DNA from: Acidobacteriota bacterium
GTDB lineage: Bacteria; Acidobacteriota; UBA6911; RPQK01; JAJDTT01
NCBI GenBank assembly: GCA_965217775.1
Contig: CBDCJH010000002.1
Coordinates: 3,456,001 to 3,520,000, forward strand
Direction of reading: 5' to 3'
Length of the DNA stretch: 64,000 nucleotides
The position numbers and the translations under genes were made by a program. Under the pieces are notes generated by a model. It saw nothing but the letters and a program-made list of their open reading frames with translations. It made no database searches and was not told where the DNA came from. Positions 8,792 through 18,251 of this stretch are shown here, piece by piece. Numbering within the stretch: position 1 is the first letter of the stretch; the number at the start of each line of letters is the position of its first letter.

Positions 8792-8989
8792 TTACGGACG
8801 TTTTTTCGGAGGTCGGCCAGACGATTTTATTCCAAAGTCGAGTTTCGCCATCTGTTCGATGACTGCGCGCGCCCTTTTACTGCGGAGCAACTCATCTGCC
8901 TTGACGTACAGCCGGCCTTTTGGCGTCACGTACACGGGGGGACGCTCCCGCTCAGTTGACGGACGTTTTTTCGGCGACACATTCTTCAT
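8792..8989 (-). CDS. Small basic hypothetical protein
   Basis: AAGGAG RBS upstream of ATG; 65-aa ORF directly upstream of the disrupted membrane gene. Confidence 0.6.
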   Translation of the reverse strand: MKNVSPKKRPSTERERPPVYVTPKGRLYVKADELLRSKRARAVIEQMAKLDFGIKSSGRPPKKRP

Positions 8990-9172
8990 GGTGTCTCCTT
9001 TACTTGTAACGCGTGGAACTCAGCATACACGACTATGTCGCTTCCGCATTTGGGGCGGACCATGCGCATCCGAGAGAAAAACGGGCAACAGAGGGAGGGC
9101 TCCGACATCACCAGGCGTCGAAGAGAGTGCATCCCCGGACCCGGTACGATACGGGATCTTGGCCCCGAACCG

Positions 9173-10099
9173 TCACCGTAACAGATAGGCCATGGCCAAG
9201 CCGACCTGGGCCATCACGGTCAGGAGATACATCTGCCGCCAACTGGGATGGTTCTCCCAGTCCATTGTCCCTTCCCGCTCCCGAGAGGACCGGACGAGCA
9301 GGAGGATGATGCGGCCGCCCCAACCGGCGAGAAACAGCCCCAGGCCGACCAGCAGCGACGGTTGTCCGGACAGGAGGCCGAAGACTGCGCCGGGGACGAT
9401 GGCCAGAAAGGGCAGGACGAAGAAAGGCGCAATGATCCGGATCGACCGGTGCACGCCATAGATGACGGGAAGCGTCCGGCAGCCGCCCCGGCGGTCCCCC
9501 TCCACGTCGGAGAAGTCCTTGGTGGTGACGGCCCCCAGGAAATAGACTCCCAGGATCGCACCGAGAACCCAGGGCTCCGGCTGCAGCACATGTTTCACGG
9601 TGGACCAACCGGCCACCGGGAGCAGCGTTCCCCGGACCACGGCGATGGTGAGATTGGCCCAGATGCCGCGGGACTTGGTCCGAATCGGAGGCACCGAGTA
9701 AAGAAAGGTTCCCAGGGTGCCTCCCAGAACGACGAGAAAGCACTGAAAATTGATCCAGACGGCCAGCAGCAGGGCGATGACCAGGAAGGCCAGACTGAGG
9801 CACCAGGCTTCCGGCTTGGAGATGCGGCCCGACGGCAGCAGGCGGCGAGGCTTGTTGATCCGGTCGATCTCCAGGTCGAAGATCTGGTTGAGTCCGTTGG
9901 AAAAGGCGTTCAGCGCGGCCGCCAGAACGGCTCCGGCCAAGATCCGCAGAAAGATTCCCTCGCTCCCCGGACTCCAGTCGGAAACCCCTTTCGGATCTGC
10001 AGAGAGTCCCATGAGGGCGCCGCAGACCATTCCCAGCGCCGGCACCAGCAGGGTGAAGGGACGAATGAACCGGAAGTAACGGACGATAGGTTCAGGCAT
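9173..10099 (-). CDS. UbiA-family prenyltransferase (DGGGP synthase/chlorophyll synthase-like clade)
   Basis: NQIFDLEIDRINKPRRLLPSG and KDFSDVEGDRRGGCRTLP Asp-rich motifs; multiple TM helices. Confidence 0.9.
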   Translation of the reverse strand: MPEPIVRYFRFIRPFTLLVPALGMVCGALMGLSADPKGVSDWSPGSEGIFLRILAGAVLAAALNAFSNGLNQIFDLEIDRINKPRRLLPSGRISKPEAWCLSLAFLVIALLLAVWINFQCFLVVLGGTLGTFLYSVPPIRTKSRGIWANLTIAVVRGTLLPVAGWSTVKHVLQPEPWVLGAILGVYFLGAVTTKDFSDVEGDRRGGCRTLPVIYGVHRSIRIIAPFFVLPFLAIVPGAVFGLLSGQPSLLVGLGLFLAGWGGRIILLLVRSSREREGTMDWENHPSWRQMYLLTVMAQVGLAMAYLLR

Positions 10100-10192
10100 G
10101 ACGCGGCGGGTGCTCTACTTCGAAGCCCGGATGGCACGGGCAACCGGCAGCGATTCCGTGCCGTCGTGAGTCCATCCGCGCCGATCCATTTC

Positions 10193-11524
10193 TCAAGGAG
10201 TCGCCGGGGAACACAAAACGATCCAGATTCCGCCGCTGGCGCAGGCTCCCGCCAACGTATTGTACAAGTTGAGCACCTGGTGCCGGCCCGGGGCGTCCCG
10301 CCCGGCGCCGGCCAGCCAGGACTCGACTCCATTCCCCGCAATGGCTCCGGCCGCCAACGCCGGCAGTGCCGACGCGGGGATCCAGCTCCACAGGACCGGA
10401 ACCGACGAGACCGCCAGGGCCGCAACCGATCCGGCCAGCGTGCCCGCAAGTGAAACGGCGCCGGGAGTCCCCACCGGAACCGGATTGAAGGAGCGGAGAT
10501 CCCTGGGAGCCTTTCCCAACCACTGCCCGATCTCGGTGGCGACCGTGTCCAGGGTGGCGGCGGCCAGGGCGCCGGTGTAGGCCACCCGCGCCACCGTGCT
10601 GTCGGTCCAGAAAAACAGCAGCGCCAGGATGCCCGCGACCAGTCCCTTGGACAGAACATTGGCCACGCCTCTCCGTCCGAGATTCTCTTCCGCGACTCCC
10701 AGAGCCTCCTTCCGTCCCTTCCCCAACCAGGTGCTGAACCCGCCCAGGAAGAAAAAGAGGCAGAGGACGGCATAGCCCGCGGGTCCCGCCGACAGATAGA
10801 CGCCGATCCCCAGGACCAGGCCGGCGGCGGCGCCGCGCCAGGAGATCCAACCCACCATCACGCTGAGGCCGGCCAGGAGGAAGTTGATTCCAACCGCGTG
10901 GGACCAGGGCCCGGCCAGCTCGGGAATCAGATCGGGCGCGCCCATTAGCAGCGGGAAGATCCCGGCGCCGACCACCACGATGACCAGATTGTCGTCCACC
11001 AGGTTCGGCAGCGACTCGGCCAAGGCGCAGACCAGAGCACCCAAAAGACAGCAGGCTGCCAGCTTGAGATTGGAACTTCCGTCCGATTCCGGCAGGTTCC
11101 AGACCAGGAGTGCCCAGGACCCCACGGCCGCCGCCAGGAAGAAGCCGATGGAGCCGCCCAGGCTCTTCTCACGATTGTAGGGGAGTGGGACCCAGGGCCA
11201 CCGCCGTCCCGCCAAGTTGGAAACCGAGTCTCCCACCGCCAGTACGGCCCAGACCGCCGCCGCGACGTGAAGGCGCTCGCGAAACAGGAGCAGCAGCAGC
11301 ATGATTCCGAAGGCGTAGTAGAGCTTGCCGGGGGAGAATCCCGCTTCCCGTTCCGAATCCCGCGTCGTCACCCGGATCCAACGAGGGGAGATGAACGCAG
11401 CGTAGAAAAACGAAAAGAGACTCAGGAGAAGGATCAGCCCGTAGTCCACGTAGGGAAGGAGAAAGGCGAAGGACAGGGGCAGCACATGTTCCAGTTGCCT
11501 CAGGTCCTCACTTCTTTCCCTCAT
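10193..11524 (-). CDS. Phytol/dolichol kinase-like domain fused to DUF92 (TMEM19/VTE6-like)
   Basis: N-terminal EDLRQLEH, LAVGDSVSNLAGRRW, KSLGGS, AESL...DDNL; C-terminal RRGVANVLS, DTVATEIG, VPVGTPGAVSLAGTLAG, ESWL, LNLYNT. Confidence 0.85.
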   Translation of the reverse strand: MRERSEDLRQLEHVLPLSFAFLLPYVDYGLILLLSLFSFFYAAFISPRWIRVTTRDSEREAGFSPGKLYYAFGIMLLLLLFRERLHVAAAVWAVLAVGDSVSNLAGRRWPWVPLPYNREKSLGGSIGFFLAAAVGSWALLVWNLPESDGSSNLKLAACCLLGALVCALAESLPNLVDDNLVIVVVGAGIFPLLMGAPDLIPELAGPWSHAVGINFLLAGLSVMVGWISWRGAAAGLVLGIGVYLSAGPAGYAVLCLFFFLGGFSTWLGKGRKEALGVAEENLGRRGVANVLSKGLVAGILALLFFWTDSTVARVAYTGALAAATLDTVATEIGQWLGKAPRDLRSFNPVPVGTPGAVSLAGTLAGSVAALAVSSVPVLWSWIPASALPALAAGAIAGNGVESWLAGAGRDAPGRHQVLNLYNTLAGACASGGIWIVLCSPATP

Positions 11525-12444
11525 GACCCCAGCCACCGGTTCGTGCGGCTCAGGCCCTCCTCCAGGGAGCGGGCCGAGTAGCCCAGATGGGTGCGGGCCT
11601 TGCCCGAGGAGAACCGCCAGTTCCGGAGAAAGAACTCGGCGGTCGAGGGGACCAGCAACGGCGACGTCCCCCGCAGTCGCGCGCTCCAATCCTCCAAGCG
11701 GGCACCGGCGCGAAACAGCCGATCCGGGAGACCCAGGGGAACGATCGGTACGTCTGCGACCCTCCGGAAGGTCGCATATAGATCCCGGAGCGTCCGGTTT
11801 TCGCCTCCCAGGACGAAGTCCTCTCCGGGGTCGGCACCCAGACATCGAACCAGGCCCTCGGCGACGTCGTCCACGTAGACGAAGTTCCAGCAGGGGGCCC
11901 CGCGACCGGGCAGTGCCGCCACGCGCAGTTTCTTCCACCGCCGAAGGAGACGCACCAGCAGGTTTCCTTCCGTCATCGGCCCGGGGCCGTACACGACGGT
12001 GGGAAAGACCGTGTTCATGGGAAGCCGTTCCTTCCACCGGCTGGCCAGTCGAAAAGCCTCGTATTTGCTCTGGTCGTACCCGTGGAAGAATCGGGTCCTG
12101 TCCGGTATCCGTTCCTCGGTATGGGGCCCGTCGCCGCTGGGGCCGAAAATGGTGAACGAGGAGACATGGACCATCCTGGCAACCCGGTGGCGCCGAGCCA
12201 GCTCCAGGACGTTTCTCAACCCGTCCACGTTGACCCGAAGGAAGGGGCCGGGCCGGGACTGGACCAGGGCGGCCAGATGGAATACGGCCTCAGCGTCCCG
12301 GAAGCTGGGTTCCAAGGTCCGGATGCGGGTCACGTCCTGGCCCCGGGAGCGCGAAGCGACGGTGACATCGTGCCCTCGCTCCCGGAGCCGGCGCACCAGG
12401 ACACTCCCCAGGAAGCCTGTCCCGCCCGTGACCAGGCATCTCAT
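11521..12444 (-). CDS. NAD-dependent epimerase/dehydratase (extended SDR)
   Basis: LVTGGTGFLG, FHLAA, YDQSK catalytic motif, VYGPG, NFVYVDDVA. Confidence 0.9.
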   Translation of the reverse strand: MRCLVTGGTGFLGSVLVRRLRERGHDVTVASRSRGQDVTRIRTLEPSFRDAEAVFHLAALVQSRPGPFLRVNVDGLRNVLELARRHRVARMVHVSSFTIFGPSGDGPHTEERIPDRTRFFHGYDQSKYEAFRLASRWKERLPMNTVFPTVVYGPGPMTEGNLLVRLLRRWKKLRVAALPGRGAPCWNFVYVDDVAEGLVRCLGADPGEDFVLGGENRTLRDLYATFRRVADVPIVPLGLPDRLFRAGARLEDWSARLRGTSPLLVPSTAEFFLRNWRFSSGKARTHLGYSARSLEEGLSRTNRWLGS

Positions 12445-14423
12445 GGCGATTCGAATGACCAGGCCCGGCCGTCCAGGGGCTCAGGATCTTCGACCTGAAA
12501 CAACCGGTACAGCGTCGGCGCCACGTCCATGATGTGCGGATTCTCCGTAACGATAGTGCGATTTGAGACCGCGAAACCCGCGGTGTCCGAAAAATCGGAA
12601 GCACAGTGGTCGCCGCTCCATTTCCTGAGGTTGGCGACGAGGACGTGTTCCGGCACCGCACCCAGGGCCGTCTGCCACGAAGTCCGGTAACCGGAGCGGA
12701 AGCTGAGCTGGATGTCTCCGGCATGCTCGATTTCTTCACCCGAGTAGATCTCGTCCCTGAAATAAGCGTTCTGCAGCACCGGTTCTCCGGTTTCAGGGTC
12801 CCGATACTCGAGAATATCCCGAGAGATTTCCCGTACCAGATCCATATAATCGCGGCCGGGTTCGACGATTCCCTGACCCTCCCGCCCCTTCAGGTTCACG
12901 TAGATATGGCCGAGACCCAGGGCATATGCTTGGGTCCGGTTCCAGTCCACGTTGGGGAAGAAGCTCCCGCCGCGATAGACCTGCTCCATCCGCTTGAGAT
13001 CAGTGTCGGCCCGCACGCCTTTGAGAACCAGGAAACCATTCTCCAGGAGCCAGGTGTTGGTATTGAATTCCTTGCGCCAGGAGTGAAACCCATGATCGGA
13101 AACGACCAGCAGCAGATCCTGGGGATCCAGGTGCTTCAAGACTCGGGAGAGGATGGAGTCCATTTTCCGGTAGACATTCAACAGGGATCTGCCGTAGCCC
13201 TGAGCGGCCTCCGGGTCGTAACGGGGATGATGGGGGTCGATGAAGCGGTAGAACATGTGGGCGGCGCTGTCGGTGGCCGTGAAGACGGCCGTGAACAGGG
13301 ACGCCTTACCGCGTTCCAGCTCGTGCATCAGGAGCCGCTCCAAATGGTTCATGTTGCGGAAGAGGTCCTCCAGAAAGACCTGCTCGTTGATCTGCTCCTC
13401 GTTGAGGCCCCAGGTTTCATGGATCCAACCCAGGGTCTTGAACGGGGCGAGCCGGGCAACCAGGTCTTCCGAGTAATCGGCCGGACTCGATAGCGGCAGG
13501 ATCGGACCGGCCGGATCGAGGCCGATGGGCATCAGGTAGAGCCTCACTTCGGGAAACGTCTCCAGCACGTAGAAGCGGCTGATTCCGCGGATCTTGACCA
13601 GGGGCCCCGCGGAGAAGACGAAGCGGAACCAGTCGCTCCACTGTCCCTCGTCGATCTCCTCTTCCTGATCCTGGAGCCTGAGCGTCACGGTAGTCGACTG
13701 GGGGTCCAACTCCACGGACAGCGGGATCGTCAGCCGAACCAGTTCTTCCTCTCTGGGGTCGCCGGGTCCGTCGATCTGCGCTTGAAAACGGCCGTCTTCC
13801 CCTTCCAGGCGGATCACCCGGCCGCCGAACTCCGTATCCTGCAGATCCCAGCGGCTGACGTCCGTGGAAAAATAGAAGTAGGTGCCCCAGGTTCCCCGAA
13901 CGTCGGGCACACCCAGCCCCGAAAGTGTGGTCCCGTGAACCAGAGGACGCGCCGGGAACTCCAGGGGAAGCCGGAGATTGGCGGTGACGATGCCGGCCCG
14001 GTCCAGTTGCTCCCAGAAGGGGACGCCCTTGCGGTTGTTGGTCAATCGGGGCCCGCGGATGGGGATGGTCTTGAACAGGAAACGAGGTTTTTCCACCTTC
14101 ACCAGTCCGATGTCGGGCATGTAGGTGGCGGGGTCACGCCGGAGGAAGTCGAAGATTCCGTGCCGTCCCGGATTGAGTCCGGTGGCGAAGCTGGCCCAGG
14201 CCACGGGGGATTCCGGGGGGTTGGTGGTGCCCAGGGTCGATCGGGTCCCCTGTTCTCCGAGGCGGCGGATGGTGGGAAGCTCTTCGATCCATCGATCCAC
14301 CAGATCGGGGTCCACGCCGTCGAAGCCCAAGACCACGACCTTGAAGCCGGGACGCCTGGGGGCGGGCGCACAAAAGGAGCCCAGCAGGACGATCAGAGTG
14401 AGTACCAGCCGAGGTAAGATCAC
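12441..14423 (-). CDS. Alkaline phosphatase superfamily phosphodiesterase, secreted
   Basis: VVVLGFDG, TTNPPESPVAWASFATGLNPGRHGIFDF, VSDHGF, WSGDH motifs; signal peptide. GTG start inferred. Confidence 0.85.
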   Translation of the reverse strand: MILPRLVLTLIVLLGSFCAPAPRRPGFKVVVLGFDGVDPDLVDRWIEELPTIRRLGEQGTRSTLGTTNPPESPVAWASFATGLNPGRHGIFDFLRRDPATYMPDIGLVKVEKPRFLFKTIPIRGPRLTNNRKGVPFWEQLDRAGIVTANLRLPLEFPARPLVHGTTLSGLGVPDVRGTWGTYFYFSTDVSRWDLQDTEFGGRVIRLEGEDGRFQAQIDGPGDPREEELVRLTIPLSVELDPQSTTVTLRLQDQEEEIDEGQWSDWFRFVFSAGPLVKIRGISRFYVLETFPEVRLYLMPIGLDPAGPILPLSSPADYSEDLVARLAPFKTLGWIHETWGLNEEQINEQVFLEDLFRNMNHLERLLMHELERGKASLFTAVFTATDSAAHMFYRFIDPHHPRYDPEAAQGYGRSLLNVYRKMDSILSRVLKHLDPQDLLLVVSDHGFHSWRKEFNTNTWLLENGFLVLKGVRADTDLKRMEQVYRGGSFFPNVDWNRTQAYALGLGHIYVNLKGREGQGIVEPGRDYMDLVREISRDILEYRDPETGEPVLQNAYFRDEIYSGEEIEHAGDIQLSFRSGYRTSWQTALGAVPEHVLVANLRKWSGDHCASDFSDTAGFAVSNRTIVTENPHIMDVAPTLYRLFQVEDPEPLDGRAWSFESP

Positions 14424-14746
14424 TCCCGATTCTCCAGACTGCCGTGGATGACCCCCAAGTCTCGTTTCAGATCGTCGAGGTCGTATTGGGCCGATACCTT
14501 CCTGGCACGGGCATACTCGATCATTTCCCACAACGAGACTCCGGCATCCCGAGCAGCTCGTGCCAGCGTGACCCTCCCCTCACCGTACTGACGGACGTAG
14601 TGCTCCAGCTTCCAGTGCCGGATGCCTCTCGACAGCAGCCGGCGCACTGTCGTCGAGCGATCAGACTGTTCGACGTCTTCGATGATTTCCAGTTCGCGGA
14701 CCAACTCCGAGGGAAGTCGGGCACCCACCATGTATTCCTTTCTCAT
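14420..14746 (-). CDS. Antitoxin, RHH + UPF0175-like domain
   Basis: VGARLPSELVRELE...DRSTTVRRLL followed by YGEGRVTLARAARDAGVS. Confidence 0.75.
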   Translation of the reverse strand: MRKEYMVGARLPSELVRELEIIEDVEQSDRSTTVRRLLSRGIRHWKLEHYVRQYGEGRVTLARAARDAGVSLWEMIEYARARKVSAQYDLDDLKRDLGVIHGSLENRE

Positions 14747-15288
14747 CTCGTCGCCTCCCGGTGGCGTCGCGCAAGCACCAGCAACTCCGCTACAACGGCT
14801 GGGGAAAGCCAAATAATCTGGCTGAGATCCCGCAGCATGGACTCCAATTCATCCAGATCGACCAGGTTTTGCAAGTACGCTTCCAACAAAACGGCGGCCG
14901 TGCCCAAGTGTTCCACCCCGGCAGTCGCTGCGACGCCGCGAGCCGCCTTGTCGTCCACGATCAGTCGTACGCACCGGACACTCGCCAGAGCGATGGACTC
15001 AGCCTCGCCCGAGTCCAGCCGAGATCGTTCCGTAAGGCGTTGCATCAGGTCACGCTCTTGACCCGTCAACTGAACCACCTGCAAAAAACCGTTTTCCAAG
15101 GCGGCCTCAAGCTGTTCCACACCCGACGCACGAATCGCTATGCCCGCATCGACTGTTTCCTCCTTCACGACAGGCCCGATCAGCACCTTAACGTAGAGGC
15201 GGTTCAGAAGCCTCAATTGCCGCAGTTTGGCGAAAGCAATCAACGGAGACGCATCCGCGATGATTGACCGGTCCCCCTCAGTCACCAT
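14743..15288 (-). CDS. PIN-domain toxin (DUF3368-like)
   Basis: IIADASPLIA, LDSGEAESIALA, IVDDKAAR, LGTAAVL motifs. Confidence 0.85.
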   Translation of the reverse strand: MVTEGDRSIIADASPLIAFAKLRQLRLLNRLYVKVLIGPVVKEETVDAGIAIRASGVEQLEAALENGFLQVVQLTGQERDLMQRLTERSRLDSGEAESIALASVRCVRLIVDDKAARGVAATAGVEHLGTAAVLLEAYLQNLVDLDELESMLRDLSQIIWLSPAVVAELLVLARRHREATR

Positions 15289-15442
15289 TCGATCACCTCT
15301 ACGTTAACAAAATATTCTATTGTTATCAGTATGATCTCGAACACTGGAGGCATCACCCAAACGGGAGCCGGGACGCGATTTTCCGCTGCTCTTCAAGAGG
15401 AAAATGAGGAACTCGCCATGGCCCCGATATCGGGTCCGTTCG

Positions 15443-15471
15443 TTGACACCATTCGGGCCCTTCACTAAGAT
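15443..15471 (+). promoter_or_regulatory. Sigma70 promoter for nuoJ-N
   Basis: TTGACA-N17-TAAGAT. Confidence 0.65.
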
Positions 15472-15499
15472 TCATTCTCCGCAAACGGGGGAGCCAAGT

Positions 15500-15997
15500 G
15501 TGGAGCAGATCGTCTTTTACGTTTTTGCAGCCGTAGCCGTCGGCTCCGCTCTCCTGGTGGTTCTCCAGCAGCGCGCCGTGTACAGCGCATTCTCCCTGAT
15601 CGTCTGCTTCGGTGCATTGGCCGTCCTCTACTTTCAGTTGGGAGCCGCCCTCGTCGCCGCTCTGCAGGTCATCGTCTACGCCGGCGCCATCATGGTCCTG
15701 TTCCTGTTCGTGATCATGCTTCTGGACCCGAAGTCGGAGAGGTTCGGTCCCGACCGGTTCAAGAAGACGGCCTTGGCCGCGTTGCCCGCGGCCGCCTTTC
15801 TGGCGTTTGTTCTGCTTCGCGTCTTCCCGGCGTGGACTCCCCGCGGATCAGGCGACCCGCTCGGATCAGGCGATGGTCCGAAGAGGATCGCCCAGATTCT
15901 CTTCCAGGACTATCTGCTGCCCTTCGAGGTCACGTCCATCCTGATTCTGGTGGCCATTCTGGGCGCCGTCGTCCTGGTCAAGCATCGCCCCGAATGA
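15500..15997 (+). CDS. nuoJ: NADH-quinone oxidoreductase subunit J
   Basis: ALQVIVYAGAIMVLFLFVIML, YLLPFEVTSILILVAILGAVVL. Confidence 0.95.
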   Translation: MEQIVFYVFAAVAVGSALLVVLQQRAVYSAFSLIVCFGALAVLYFQLGAALVAALQVIVYAGAIMVLFLFVIMLLDPKSERFGPDRFKKTALAALPAAAFLAFVLLRVFPAWTPRGSGDPLGSGDGPKRIAQILFQDYLLPFEVTSILILVAILGAVVLVKHRPE

Positions 15998-16305
15998 TGG
16001 GTATGGTCCCTGCCACTCACTACCTGGCGCTGGGCGCGGTTCTCTTCGTCATCGGCGTCGCCGGCTTCATCGTCAGACGCAACGTCATCACCATGTTCAT
16101 GTCGGTGGAACTGATGCTCAACGCCGTCAACCTCACGTTTCTGGCCTACGCGCGGACCTGGAGCCAAGTGGACGCCCACATCTTCGTCTTCTTCGTCATG
16201 ACCGTGGCCGCGGCGGAGGCGGCGGTGGGTCTGGCGCTGATCCTGGGTCTCGACCGGCACTCCCAGACCCTGGACATCGACTCCGTCAACAGGCTTCAGG
16301 GCTGA
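15994..16305 (+). CDS. nuoK: NADH-quinone oxidoreductase subunit K
   Basis: RRNVITMFMSVELMLNAVN, VAAAEAAVGLA. Confidence 0.95.
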   Translation: MMGMVPATHYLALGAVLFVIGVAGFIVRRNVITMFMSVELMLNAVNLTFLAYARTWSQVDAHIFVFFVMTVAAAEAAVGLALILGLDRHSQTLDIDSVNRLQG

Positions 16306-16307
16306 CC

Positions 16308-18251
16308 ATGATCGAGTATTTCTGGCTGGCCCTGGTCCCACCCCTCGCCGGATTCCTGTTCAACGGCCTGGTGGGGAAGCGGCTGCCGGCTCGCATCGTC
16401 TCCGGCCTCGGCTGCGCGGCCACTGGTGCCAGCTTCCTGTTTCTGCTGTCCGTCTTCGCCGAGTTCATCCGGCTGCCGGCACAGGAGCAGCAGATCGTCC
16501 ACCGTCTCTTCACCTGGATTCAGGCGGGGACCTTCACCGCCGAGTGCAGCTTCCTGCTGGACCCCCTCTCCATGATCATGCTCCTGGTCATCACGGGAGT
16601 CGGATTCCTGATTCACGTCTACTCCACGGCCTACATGAAGGGCGAGGCGGGTCTCTACCGCTATTTCTCCTATCTCAACCTCTTCGTGTTCATGATGTCC
16701 CTGCTGGTGATGGCGGGGAACTACCTGTTGCTGTTCGTGGGCTGGGAGGGGGTGGGCCTCTGCTCCTATCTCCTGATCGGCTACTACATTGAACGGAAGA
16801 GCGCCGGCGATGCGGCCAAGAAGGCCTTCGTGGTGAATCGGGTGGGGGACGCCTGTTTTCTCCTGGGCGTCTTTCTCATCTTCAAGACCTTCGGGACCCT
16901 GGAGTTCGGACCCCTCTTCGAAACCGTGAGCCGGACCCATCCCCAACCCGAGAGCGGCTTCACCGTTCTGGCGGCAATCACTCTGCTCCTGTTTCTGGGG
17001 GCGACGGGCAAGAGCGCCCAGATCCCGCTTCAGGTCTGGCTGCCGGACGCCATGGAGGGACCCACTCCGGTGAGCGCCCTGATCCACGCCGCCACCATGG
17101 TGACCGCCGGCGTCTACCTGGTGGTGCGTTCGGCTGCGCTCTACAGCCGGGCGCCCGACGTACTTCTGCTGGTGGCCGTCGTCGGAGTCTTGACGGCGCT
17201 CCTGGCGGCCCTGACGGCGCTGGTCCAGCGGGACATCAAGAAGGTCCTGGCCTACTCCACCATCAGCCAACTGGGCTACATGTTCATGGCGCTGGGCGTG
17301 GGCGCCTTCAGCACCGGGATCTTTCATCTGTTCACCCACGCCTTCTTCAAGGCCCTGCTCTTCCTGGGGGCGGGCAGCGTCCTGCTCCGGCTTCATCACG
17401 AGTTGGACCTGTTCCGCATGGGAGGGCTGAAGAACTCCCTGAGGGTGACTTGTTGGACCATGTGGGTGGGGACCGCGGCCCTGGCCGGAATTTTTCCCCT
17501 GTCCGGGTTCTTCTCCAAAGACGAGATTCTGTGGAGAGCGCTCGACAGTCCCTTGGGGCATCCGGTCTTCTGGGTAGCGGGCCTGGTGGTGGCCGGGCTC
17601 ACCGCCTTCTACATGTGCCGGCTCATGTTCCTGGCCTTCTACGGTTCGCCCTCCCACGGCCACGGTGAATCCGGCGCGGAAGCGGGAACCTCCGTCACTG
17701 CGCCCCTGGCCATCCTGGCCGGAGCGGCGGCGGTCGCCGGAGTCGCCGGTCTGCCGGCCTACCTGAACCTGGGCGATCACTGGTTGGACCACTTTCTGGC
17801 GCCTGTGTTCCGGTTCTCCTACGACCACGGCGTCTCGGCGGGCCACGGGGCCTCCCACAGCCTGGAGATGCTGGCGGGTGGCGCGGCCCTGGCCGTCAGT
17901 CTGTTGGGCGCCGCCTTGGCCTACCGTCTCTACGCGGGAGACCGGTCTCTCCCCCGGCGGCTGGCGGACCGGTTGCCGGGACTCCACGGCACGCTCCTGC
18001 AGCAGTTCCGGATCGATCAGGCCTATTCCCTGTTCGTGGTCGGCGGCCTCAAGGCACTGTCCAGGCGGGTGTTGTGGAGAGTCGTCGACGTGGGCGTCGT
18101 GGACGGGGCGGTCAACGGCACCGCCTCCCTGTTCCGGCGATGGAGCGGCGTGGCGAGCCGGATGCAGAGTGGGAACACCCGCACCTACGCGGCCTGGATC
18201 GTGACCGGAGCCGCACTCGTCTTCCTCTATCTCTATAGCGTGATCGGCTGA
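16308..18251 (+). CDS. nuoL: NADH-quinone oxidoreductase subunit L
   Basis: GWEGVGLCSYLLIG, GKSAQIPLQVWLPDAMEGPTPVSALIHAATMV, HAFFKALLFL. Confidence 0.97.
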   Translation: MIEYFWLALVPPLAGFLFNGLVGKRLPARIVSGLGCAATGASFLFLLSVFAEFIRLPAQEQQIVHRLFTWIQAGTFTAECSFLLDPLSMIMLLVITGVGFLIHVYSTAYMKGEAGLYRYFSYLNLFVFMMSLLVMAGNYLLLFVGWEGVGLCSYLLIGYYIERKSAGDAAKKAFVVNRVGDACFLLGVFLIFKTFGTLEFGPLFETVSRTHPQPESGFTVLAAITLLLFLGATGKSAQIPLQVWLPDAMEGPTPVSALIHAATMVTAGVYLVVRSAALYSRAPDVLLLVAVVGVLTALLAALTALVQRDIKKVLAYSTISQLGYMFMALGVGAFSTGIFHLFTHAFFKALLFLGAGSVLLRLHHELDLFRMGGLKNSLRVTCWTMWVGTAALAGIFPLSGFFSKDEILWRALDSPLGHPVFWVAGLVVAGLTAFYMCRLMFLAFYGSPSHGHGESGAEAGTSVTAPLAILAGAAAVAGVAGLPAYLNLGDHWLDHFLAPVFRFSYDHGVSAGHGASHSLEMLAGGAALAVSLLGAALAYRLYAGDRSLPRRLADRLPGLHGTLLQQFRIDQAYSLFVVGGLKALSRRVLWRVVDVGVVDGAVNGTASLFRRWSGVASRMQSGNTRTYAAWIVTGAALVFLYLYSVIG

